Assembly: GCA_030141605.1 (NCBI GenBank)
Contig: JAQGDQ010000193.1
Coordinates: forward strand, 1-64,000
DNA from: Tubiluchus corallicola
Lineage: Eukaryota; Animalia; Priapulida
Direction: 5' to 3'
DNA length: 64,000 nucleotides
In this document: positions 1 to 12,300 of the stretch, piece by piece
Layout: each line of letters begins with the position of its first letter
How positions within the stretch are numbered: position 1 is the stretch's first letter
The notes under the pieces: generated by a model
What the model was told of the DNA's origin: nothing
The model's database searches: none
Seen by the model: the letters and a program-made list of their open reading frames with translations, nothing else
Position numbers and translations under genes: made by a program

Positions 1-135
1 TATCGAGAGTTAAATGTTTCTCGCACAGAAAGGTATTATTATTATTATTTCATATAATTGAAAAGTAGTAATTTGTTCCCATTGAATACGGTACATACAG
101 CAAAATAAACAATTACAACGAGACAACGCACTTAC

Positions 136-315
136 CCGATTCTTCAGGCATGACGCACATGTTCTCACATTCCTCTTTCGTCTCAAATCGGTTATCGTTA
201 CCCTCGCAGCCACCGTACCAGAAGCGCTCGCAGGCACCGACGCCCATGTCGTAGTACCATCTGATTGTGAAGTTCTTGCAGGGGCCATCATCCTTTGCCA
301 AATTACACAGCATAT
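136..315 (-). CDS. Ppn: Papilin exon, Kunitz/BPTI domain
   Basis: [20 protein letters not shown]...[26 protein letters not shown]; six-Cys Kunitz pattern with P1 Lys. Confidence 0.95.
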
Positions 316-3300
316 CTGAAAAAGTGTGAGCATTAAAGCCTTCACGTTAAAATGTCAACAAGAAATACCTCACAGAAATTATCGTAACTTCTTTGTCAGC
401 AAAGATTACTATTTAACATCGTTAACATCATCTAGTCAAAAACAGACATTGATTTACTATGCGCTTTTGAATTTACATATTTTTCGAAGCTTTTCTACTG
501 TTTATGTAATCCTTCTTAATTCTGAACATTACCCAAATTTCCAACCAGCTAACAATTATTGTTTACCGCAATTTGCTTAGTGACAGTGACTAAAAGTGTC
601 TGTACGGTATTGTAAATGTCTGCTTTAAATATCGAACACATACTATCAATTAGTTATTCAAACATTTATTACTATTTTTTGCTAAAAAACTAAAAAGACA
701 GCAACAAAGTGCATTAACTTCGAAAAGCTATGTTACCAAATACAATGACATGAGAATGGTTCTACGTAGTACTGGAAGTAAAAGCAGAATCTTTTAAATA
801 AGTACGTTGGTAGCACTGCATTGCTTCTGCTGAGCGACTATGTCTAAGACGTGTTACTCTTCGAATATTTCACGGTTTCAGAAAACTAATTACTACCTTC
901 GATACTTTTTAGCCCATAAAAATTTTCACTTGGAAACTTACACTTTGGTGTGGTAGTTACGATACAACCTTCCTTATCTGGTCCTTCAGCCGCAGTTATT
1001 CCATCGTCGCAACAACCGTACAAGGAGTTGAGACAATCTTCAAGTGGGCAACCTTCGAAATCTGGCCCGGTGGCTGGCTGAACCCCATCTAGGCAACAGC
1101 CATACTGGGATTCCGCACACTCGGGTATACCAGTTGTTTCAATTATCTACAGCGAACAATCAAAGAAAAATTAGCTGCTCCTCTGTCAGTGCAAATATGT
1201 CACTAATTCTAGAAGCAAACCCCAGTAAACGCCATACCTTCTATATACATAACAAGAAATATAACAAGTATATTTCATATAACATAACAAGTATATAACA
1301 CATTCATATATATATGAACATGAACATATTCATACATATATATGAACATATTCATATAACATAACAAGTATTTACTTCTTGAGTACCCCACGGGTCATTT
1401 GCGGCTTGGCATCTTGTGCACATAATAATAAATACATTATTAAATACTTTGATGTACAATGCTGTAATGATCATTGTGGATATATTTAATAAATAAATAA
1501 ATAAATAGTTCAATCGGCATTATGTGCGTGTTATATAGATCATTAAGTATGTTTTACATAGTCCACAAGAGCACAAATTAGCAGCTAATGCGTTCACAAA
1601 CTTGAGAACTAACCAAGCTGGCACCAGCAGCACTAAGAAATTATTATGTCTTATTGTCTATTTGTAATTTGTTCAGAATTTTCTGAGAATGTCAGGCATT
1701 CGGTAAATTTGTAGGCATTGCTGAAATTTTACTACTATAAACAGCAGAAGGAAACTAATGCTTTTCAAAAACGTCTCTATAGTATAGAAAATTGTTAGAT
1801 ACAAAATAGCCTGACGAAATATCTAATGATGATCTGGTAAAAAAGAACCCTTGGAGTAAATAAAGACAAGTAAGAAGATTGCATTGAATTGGGTATGCAC
1901 TAAGACTACCACAAGAATCTCCTCTTCCTATGGCATTACGTAACACTCTTGAAACGACAAAAAACGAGAGGAGATCAGCTACTGACATAAATAGACATAC
2001 TGCAAATAGATTTAGCAAAATACAACTCTAGATTTGAGGAATGATGCATTGTGAGCAGTGGCTCAGCAGTGTTTGACTTCATTCAATTACACAATATTTC
2101 ATACAAAAACTACGTTATTTACTTAAGTTTAGTTTTAGTACGGTAAGGTATACGAGTATTTACAAATATATCCTATTTTGTAACCATAATTAAAATTAAA
2201 ACAGCCATACCACAGTAATAGTAGCATTTTCTTCTATCACAGTTGCATTAAGCATCGGCAAAATGGTGGTTACATTCATTTCCACTTCTGTGACATTCAA
2301 CGCTTCTTCCGTCACTTCGGTAACGTTTTCGGGCATTGCTGTTTCCGTAACGTTTTCGGGCATCGCTGTTTCAGTAACGTTTTCGGGCATCGCTGTTTCA
2401 GTAACATTTTCTAGCGCAACGGTCACCTCTGGTGGCATTGTTACATTGAATTCTTCTGTTGACATAACCATGGTAACATTCACTGTCTCAGCAGTGACTG
2501 GAATTTCTGTTAAAACACTCACAAGATTAGTAAAAATCAGTAAAACAATAAGACACAGCCTAATAAGTGTCTACTAAATATCAGTAAAACAATAAGACAC
2601 AGCCTAATAAGTGTCATTCATCCAATTATCCATCCGTACTTATCAATCGTGTGGTTGATATTATTTAAGTAAATTATGTTACATCAACTAATCGCTCCAC
2701 CATAAGCGATTATAATAAAAATTTTGCTTTTAGTTTGCATATTTAGGCAAACATCAATATCATCTTAAGGTAAAGCTGCCCTCCATTAGACTACTACTAC
2801 CACTACCACTACTATTACCACCACAACTACCACTACCACTACCACTACCACTATTACTACTATACAGTACTGTCCACATTACTACCGACACATTAACTTC
2901 TACATAAGAGTCATTTGGAAATACAGAAGAATCCGCTTAATAAATCCGTCTTAGAGTGAAGCTAAAAAACTTTATTGAGCGTCTGGAGTTACAAACAGAA
3001 GAGACCTATAAAGTAGCATTTTCTACGTTAACACAGTATGTGTTGTTTATTTAAAAAGTCAAGATATATACTTAACACACAGTAAACTGTTTGCGTAACT
3101 CACATAAAGTATGTATTGTTTATCTATGATGCCATTACCCTTTATATGTAGGCTATGTGATAAACTGCTTGTTAAGTAAAAAAAATTGCAATACATGTAA
3201 TATCAGCGACAATTCAGCATTCGTCACCGTTTCATTAACGTTCTCACGTGCACAACTGTTTATCAGTTAGAATCGGCACTGTAGTCTAACTTATTACGTA

Positions 3301-6300
3301 TGCAAAATGAGTGTGTATACCATTATGTAGCATGCAATTGAGTTTTAAACCGAACGATATTCAAAGTGGGTTATTTTAGTAGGAATGTTTTTTTTTGATA
3401 ATCAGAATGAAAGATGCTGCTTGCATGAGTTCGGTGAAATATCGAAATTTCTGAATAGTCACCGTGATGCAGTGTTTCCAGCGAGTGTCGTATTCCAACG
3501 GCTGATACAGTAATTTCATTGATGTCGTCACCTCGATCTCATAAAATTGTAAAAAGTGCTTAGAACAATGAAGCTGATCTAGCTCAAGTTAAAACACAGG
3601 CCAATCGTAAAATCTTATGTCACAATTTTGTGTCTTCACAGAGCGCAAATGGATTTATAAACCCAAGTTTGGATTTAACAAACGGCAGATTTTACTAGGA
3701 TAATGTATTATACAGTTACCCAAGTTTGGATTTAACAAACGGCAGATTTTACTAGAATAATGTATTATACAGTTCCGTTCTAGGAATAGTGGCTACAATA
3801 GGTGGCTGGACTTATTATCCATGGATCTATTAAGCGGATGCTACTATAATATAAAAACCGGTTTTAAATATTTGTGGCGATAAAGAAGAAAACTACTCTT
3901 CATACAATAAATGTGCTTCTATATAAATAAGTGTGCAAAATAAAATTGCATTAAGTTGTGCGTTTAGTCATTTCAGACACTGTGTACAATTAACCTTAGA
4001 AACAGGTGTGTGACAATTATTACAACTAACCTTCTTCGCAGCCCTCACCCTCAGGGCCGGTGGCAGCCGTAACATTATCAGGACAGCAACCGAACTCTGT
4101 GTCATCACAGTCAGGAAGAGGTTCGATGGACGAAATGACAGGAATGCACAATTCTCCGCTAGCGCTGCCTAAACCGGATGCGGAGCCCTCGGCAGAGCCT
4201 TCCACAGTTATGCACTCGGTAAACCCTGTAACTATGGCAACAATTTTGTTTAAACGTCTCAAACAAGGTTACAAACCCTGGCAAAAAAATAAGAACTTAA
4301 AACCTAGCGAATTGTGGCTACAAAAACAGATTTATCAAAATGGCTATGTTAGCGTTATGAAGTTAATATGACACAATAATAATGAGGATATACTACAAGT
4401 ACAATACAAATGATATTTTCCATATTTATGTAGCTGGGTTAAAAAATAAAAGAAGTACTTCATTCTAACATTTGATATCGATTCACGCATAAATGTAAAC
4501 ATACAGATATACCATAAAGGTACATAGATATAACATAAGTCACGTACAGTTTCAAAGATAACATGTAATATTTCACATACTGTTTTGAAAAACAACGGAC
4601 AAACTGAGACAACGATACTCAAGACTCACCATCAGTCATGACTTCACAGCCCTCATAGTCGGGACCAGAACAGGCTCTGATGCCATCTGGGCAACAACCG
4701 AACTCCGTGTCCTCACACGGTGCAACGGTGAGGAATTCGCAACCTTCTCCATCAAAGCCATCTGCTGGTGTAAGGCCATCTGGGCAGCATCCAAATTCAG
4801 TAGCATTGCACGGGGCGATCGTGGTGAAGACTTCACAACCTTCTCCGTTGGGCCCGCTGGCTGATGACTCTCCATCTGGGCAACACCCGAATTCACTCTC
4901 GTTACAAGCTATGATGGTAACTGTTGATTCAACCAAACCTTCGGGAACAGTATCCCCAGAAACTTTTTCAGCTGGTGAAGTAACGTTCGCTTCCTCGCTG
5001 ATCAAAGTCACATTATCAGCCTCCTCGGTGACATTCAACAAAGACGTGACCGTTGCATTCACGTCCAAGACTTCTTCTGTAACATTCAATTCCGACTCGG
5101 TCACATTTATTGGCAATTCAGTGACATTCAACGAAACTTCAGTCATGTTTATGTCAGGCTCTGTAACATTTAAGTCTAAGACAGTAACATTAACAATCTC
5201 TTCAGTAACGTTTAGAGATGGTTCGGTCACGTTTGGTGCAGACACTTCCGTCACATTCAAGTCAGCTTCTGTTACATTCAATACTGGTTCAGTTACATTA
5301 ACGTCAAGCTCAGTAACATTCAGTACTGAAACAGTCACATTTGTGTCCAAATCAGTAACATTTGCTATTTCAGTGACATTCACAGCTACTTCAGTAACAT
5401 TCAGTTCTGGTTCAGTGACATTTGAAATCGATTCGGTTACGTTCAGAGCGTCTTCAGTTACATTCAAAACAGACTCAGTAACATTCAATACTGACTCTGT
5501 TACATTCAAAACAGATTCAGTAACATTCAATACTGACTCTGTTACATTTGATTCGATTTCGGTAACATTTAAATCTGATTCAGTCATGTTTGCAACTGAC
5601 TCGGTGACATTCACAGCCGATTCAGTTACATTTGCTTCCGATTCAGTAACATTCATAGCCAAGTCTGTTACGTTTGTTTCTGCTAACTCGGTGACATTAA
5701 CGCTAGGCTCAGTCACGTTTAGTTCTGCATCGGTTACATTCAGTATGGATTCTGTTACATTCAAGTCTGTTTCTGTAACATTCGCTTCTGCCACTGTTGC
5801 GTTTAGTTGTGTTTCAGTCATATTAACTACAGATTCCGTCACATTCAAATCAGTTTCTGTCACGTTCAAGTCCGCCTCTGTCACATTTAGGTCTGCCTCA
5901 GTCACGTTCAGATCCGCTTCTGTTACATTTAATACTGCTTCAGTCACGTTTAATGCAGAGTCGGTAACATTTGAATCAAATTTTGTGACATCTATCGATG
6001 ATTCGGTCACATTTAGAGCCTCATCTGCTAATTCTGTTATGTTCGCTAATTCAACGGTTGCATTTGGTGCAAGTGCAGTAACATTCAGTGCCTCTTCAGT
6101 AACATGCAGTGCAGTAACATTCGATGCTTCCACTGTAGCATCAGGTGCTTCTTCGGTTGCATTAACAGAATGTTCGGTTGCATTAACAGAAGGTTCGGTT
6201 GCATTAACAGAAGGTTCCGTTGCATTCAGTGCAGACTCTACAACAAATAAATAACTGGCATGCAGGAGCTAAACACACACATACATAACATGCTAACGTG

Positions 6301-9300
6301 AAAGTTAAAAAATGTGCCAAAATAATGTATAGCGACATGCATAAAGACATATAACAGACACGTAAAATAGTTCACACATGCTTTTACAAAATGCCGAAAA
6401 TTATTAGCATGTACAGCAACCATCTCTTCCTGAAAGGATTTTTTTATTTTTTATGAATTAAATGAATTTGTTAATCTACAATCTACTTTATTCAAGAGTA
6501 ATGTGTAACAACATTCAAACCAATGCAAAATGACTCCTGTCAGCCATTTGGAAATGTTCAAAACCAGTTAAAACATGGTGCATCAACAATTATTACAAAC
6601 ATCATTCTATGACCAAAAAAACAGGCAAGAGACCAGCTGTGATCAACTGTTAAGATATGATGACCTCAAAAAACAAAATGTGCAAATATTAAAAGCAAGA
6701 TGCTTATTTATAAAGACTCAAGGACAAAAATAAATAAAGGACGAATTATTTGAATCTTAGCTGCTATTTAAATACCTTGTCACTTCCGCCATTTTTTTTA
6801 CAAAATTAGAAAAGTAGCTTTGTGCAACGATAAAAGGATTTTTACAACTAATGCCCATCTGTCATCCAAAAATGGTGCAACTGTTACAAGAAAATATCAA
6901 CAGGCCAAATATAAAAAAGTGCTTTATCTCGAATATTGAAAATTTTTGGAAAGTGGCAGCACAATTATTCTTGTTACTAGAAAGTACTACACCTGCTACT
7001 TATGCTCAGTCTCAAGCTATGAAAAAACATGCACCAATATTTTAACTCATAAAACTTGCAAAAGTGAGTTGCTACATCACTCACAAAAACAAATTGTACA
7101 GATTTCATTCCTTACCTTCTTCTGTCATGTTTTTCATGTCCATAGATTCGGTCGTCATGTCCATTGCTGACACCGTTACCGTCTCCTTCACTTGTTCCTC
7201 TGCCTTACCAACAGTACCTTTGACGATGTATTCTTCCGTCATATTTAAAACGGGCACCTCTGTAGCGTTGACCTCCACAGCCTCCTCCGTTACTTGCGTG
7301 GCGACCACTTCTACGCCTGCCTCAATCTCAATGCCACCAGGCGTTGCCGTATCCGTTATATTTTCAGCCATACCTGTGACATTTTCAGCCATATCTGTGA
7401 CATTTTCAGCCATATCTGTGACATTTTCAGCCATATCTGTGACATTTTCAGCAAAAGCAGTGTAGTTTTCCATGACATCTGTAACAGTGACCATTGTGTA
7501 GTTATCCATGGACTCAGTTACATTCACTAACGCTTCTGTGTAGTTGTCCATTATTTCAGTAACAGTGTCCATTTCTGCTGTGACATTTTCCATCATGGTA
7601 GTGACGTCCACCATGGATGTAACATTTTCCAACACAATTGTGACATTTTCTTCCACAATTGTAATGTTCTGGGGTATTAGTCCATCCGCCATTGTAGCAT
7701 TTAATACAGTTTCCGTGGTAACATTATCGCATCCCTCAAACTCAGGTCCTGAAGCTACGGTTACTTCATCGGGGCAACAGCCATAGGCAGTGTCTTCACA
7801 ACCTTCAATCGTTGGACAGCCTTCCATTGCTTCGCCCTAGATAAACAAATCAAGAAGATATAATCATGGAGAGAAAAGTAAGCAGGGATAACCTGCTTTG
7901 CTTTCTATTCTAACTTAATTTCAATATGATTGAGACATTTTCTATAAGCATGTACAAACGGATTAATTAAAAGACTAGAATTCTTTCTCGCTTTGGATTC
8001 AAGCCAAGATCCTCTGCACCCTAAGCAGCTATGCTAATCATTACACATAGACAAACTTCAATTCCTTAAACACGAGGGCCTTTAACACAAAGACTGTGTG
8101 GGTACACCCCCCTTACAGGCTTCCCTTATATCCCTTGCAGGTCTTTCTCTTATCCCACAAAGGATATTTGCAATTTTTATATTTTTGCAATAGTGTTACA
8201 GTTGTTAATTTTTAAATTTCGGGTTTTTATTTTCCATTCCTTTAGAACGTTACCTGCAAAGAAAAATTGATTAAATTATCTTTTTAAGTAATAATACTGT
8301 AAATACTTAACTGTTTCAACTGCAACAAGTCTTCTAGAACTCAAAAACTGTCTTAAAGTGCTATTAGATGCAATCATAATGTTCTCAAATGCAGTAAAAT
8401 AAGTCCCAACACACCACTGAGGGAGCTTACAGCGCTATGCCGACCTCACAGCTGTTTGTCGGGCCTTGGGTAAACCCCTTATAACAAGTCATTATTTCGT
8501 AAAAAAGACAGTATTAAACACACAAAAATTAGAAGCAAGTTACTCATCATAATAAAATGCCGCACGTAATGGCATACAAACACACAAACAAGCAAAGAAA
8601 CAAACCTTTGCTGGAGTAACTCCATCAGCACAACATCCGTAGGCGGTTTCATTACACTTTTTAACAATAGGACATCCTTTCTTGAATGGTCCCTTTGCAG
8701 GTGTCATTTTGTCGGCACAACAACCAAACCTGAAATTTAAAACAAGTCAAATACAAATGGTTTGGTTTTTTATATAAATATCAACAAAGAAAAAACTACA
8801 TGGTATAAAAACTTTACAAGAGGTGTAGCAAGAAACGAACAGACAGATTTCAAATAAAATAAAAAGTTAAACTAAAGAGGTAAAAGCCTTACTCTGTTTC
8901 ATTACAGTGAATGCCGATTGTTTCATTTTTCGGACAGTTTTTCCTGTTCTTACCGGCAATGGTCAAACCATCTGCACAGCAACCATATTTAGATTTCTGA
9001 CAAGGAGTCATGATTCCATCGGGCTCTAAAAATATGACAAAACTTACTGAAAAAAATTGGCATATAAAGGTAGAAATACAAGACATTTTGCTCTTTTGTT
9101 GTTAAAAGGATGTTGGTTAAGAGCTGTTGTTCTAATTTTTACTATAATAGCAAAAATACGGTGCTTGTGCTTTAAACTCTATCTGGGGAGCTTATAATGC
9201 AAAACGAAAACTTTTTAAATCAAGGTATGACTGTAATGCATATGGCATGTGTACGAATCTTTGACTATCGCGTTTGATCCACTCACGTAGAAAATTGGCA

Positions 9301-12300
9301 TGTAGCCTTAGAAATACAGCTACCGTATTCTCAAATAACACCAGTTATTAATATAGTGAATTCTGTTGTACTATATAAATCAGATATGTTCAAAATGTGA
9401 AATAAGCTTTTAACTTCAAGTCTGCAATTCATTTAAGTTTTTAGTGCCACTTTAGTGAAGTTGTAATCATTTTTATGTCAATTTTATCTTCGGTTTATCT
9501 GTAATTATGTAAATATTTGTATATCGGTCATTTTTGCCCGAAATAAAAGGTATAATAAAGCGTAGTATACAATATCATAATCTTCAACCAAGTTTAACCG
9601 AAATGCACATCTATTTAACAGTTCCTATTCTGTGAGCTGTGACTGTTGCAAATCGAAGAATCCATCCACGTGACAGATAGGATATTATACAGGTATTTAA
9701 TGTTAGTGACTAAAGTTAAACAACACTGGACTTAGTTAGTAAATGGTTGGTATGCCAGAAAAATCGCATTTGGGCCATTTCATCTGTCATAGATTCCTTG
9801 ACTATTTATCTTGCTGAGAGAAGATGCACGTGTATCCAACTGTGTTTACGAGATTTCTGTTGATTCACTTTCTTAGAAGATAAATCTTGATAACGAGTTC
9901 GATTCCGAATGGGCCAAATTGATTATCGGTTTGTAGTATGTCAAAATGTACAGTCAGATCATACAAACCTTCACCACATGCATGTTGGTTACAAGACTCA
10001 TTGTCAATTGGTTTATCATTCATATCACACTCTGAATTGTTCACTTTCTCATTGTTGCTGAAGCACATGACTTCACGACTGCGAGTGCCACCTGCACACT
10101 CCTTGGAACACTAAAAAATGAAATTCAAAAGTCTGAAATTGCAGACCACAATCAAAAATGCAAAAAATGGCCATACACAATGTAACATAAAAATTTGTGT
10201 AGAATAAAAAAATGTGTCAAAGGAACAAACATTTATTTCAAAAAAGTTTTTTTTGTTTGCTTTAATGTTTAAAACATGCTGTCCACACACTAACTGAAGA
10301 CTTAATTCCACAAAAAGTTTAAACAGAAAAAACTCAAAATGCTGGTTTAATTTTTAAAATACAATTGTATTCAAGAGCTTGTTTGGAAATGCCAGAAAGG
10401 GGGTCCTGTTGGTGAGTGACACATGTGCGAGGATTAACCTACTCCATACCTTACCCCCATATCTATTCTACAACTACATGTATTAATGGATGCGAAATGC
10501 CTGCAATTAGAGGCCCAAAATTGTTGTACATATGTTATACACCAACATTTGTAATGTATGCATACATCACTGTATTCATAAATTGGTAGTGATAAAAATT
10601 TGTCATTATTATTACTGTTATAGTTTACCTGTGTAGTTTGACGAATTTTTCATAAAATTCAGTCTCACTTGAATAAACAAAATAGAGAGACCTACATGTT
10701 TGCATAACAGTATTATTGCATAACAACAAAGACTATGGAAATGCAAAAGTGCAATAAATATTACATACCTCCGTCCACGGAGCTGTTAGCCACATATTAG
10801 TACACGCAGCATTCGTGCAGGACCGCTGGTCAATGGGCCTTGTTTCGTTGTTGCACTCGTTTTCCGACAAAATGTTTAAACAAGATTCAGGTGATACGCC
10901 CAGGCACAGCACAACACGCGATTGTATCCCAGATCCACACGATGATGAACACTGCAGTGACAAAAAACGTAAGTAAAATGTATTCAAGAACTTACAGCAA
11001 TAACAATAATGTAACGTGCGTGTCTTCACAATACAGAAATTAATTACAAAAATACATGAAAAATATACTGCAAATTAATATTAGAAACCTTTTTCAGTTA
11101 TTTCCCTGTACAAAATAATTTCGTTTAAAACATAGTCCAAGAATAACACCTCAAGAAACTCGTTACCTATTTGCAAAGTGGTCCTGATTATTATTACCTG
11201 CACGTTACTTTGATAAACACGCAGTTTGATCGAAGAACCAGCGATACCATTTTTCAAGTCTTTGGTATGACTCAGTCGAGAGTTGAACTCATGACTTCGC
11301 GGGTGGCAAACGAGCATGCTACCACAGAGCTACGCCACCAGACACAACAAGTAGGCATTGTGAGCGCCAAGAACAAGACGAATTTTAATCATACAAGCAT
11401 CACAACAGATCAACAAAATCATTCTTAGTTTCTTCCCCAATTATCTGAAAGACGTTTTTGCCTAAACAAAATTCAAAATTTCCCTAAACTATATGCTGAA
11501 AGAATAGTTTTTAGTTTCAATTTTTCCGGATCGTAAATCCGAGCCGCAAATTTACCAAGTTTCTCTTTGAGCCATGCCCAATAAGTAAACTAATTTTTGT
11601 ATAATCCTACAGACACACAAACAAACAGCATTGAAAACATAACTCTTTGGGGGAGGTAACAATCTTAAACACAAAAATGACATGCTTACCGGGCTCCATT
11701 CTGAAGCATACCATGTGATCTCACAGGAGACTTCCATGGTGCATGGCCTAGTCGAGTTGGGTTTTCTGAATTCCTCGCACTTGCTGTCACTATAGATGAC
11801 TCCATTCTTACTGGCACAAAATACATGCCGAGTTTCCAGGCTTTCTCCACAATTATCACACTAACAAAAGAAGCTTATTAATGATTTTAAAATTTTATAA
11901 AAGAAACTCAGAATTGATCCGTTCTTTTAAGAAATGAGTTTTCTCAGATTAAGACAACTCTCTCCTTGCCTTCACGTTGTCTCACACTTTCCATTCTTTA
12001 CCAACCCCTTTTTTCAAATCATCACCTACGTTCATGTATTACGAAGCAATCTTCTGGCACAAACATAGCAGTGATGGTTGCTTCTACTATACTAACTGCT
12101 AAGTGCCTTTCTGTATGATGTACGATAATTTAAATTTAAATTTGATTACAACAGCATGGCAAAGGTTCAAAAAAGATAAACATTGATGGCAAACAAGCGC
12201 ATGTCAACACTATCTCATCTTTCAAATGAATACTGATTATTACACTAAAGATGCTACAGTTTTAAATTTTGCTGGATATCGAGACCAAATTATGAACACG

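Noticed and set aside
10-345. 111-aa minus-strand ORF
   Set aside because: Alternative frame overlapping the Kunitz exon
1755-2018. 87-aa ORF as an alternative papilin terminal exon
   Set aside because: No recognisable domain, and the flanking exons splice in phase without it
3195-3255. Minus-strand [11 protein letters not shown] segment between ag and gt
   Set aside because: Phase 2-0 does not fit the neighbouring papilin exons; at best a decayed exon
4680-6254. 524-aa plus-strand ORF of SVTF repeats, and similar ORFs at 2263, 7064 and 7544
   Set aside because: Antisense shadow of the papilin NVTE repeats; the complementary codons rarely produce stops
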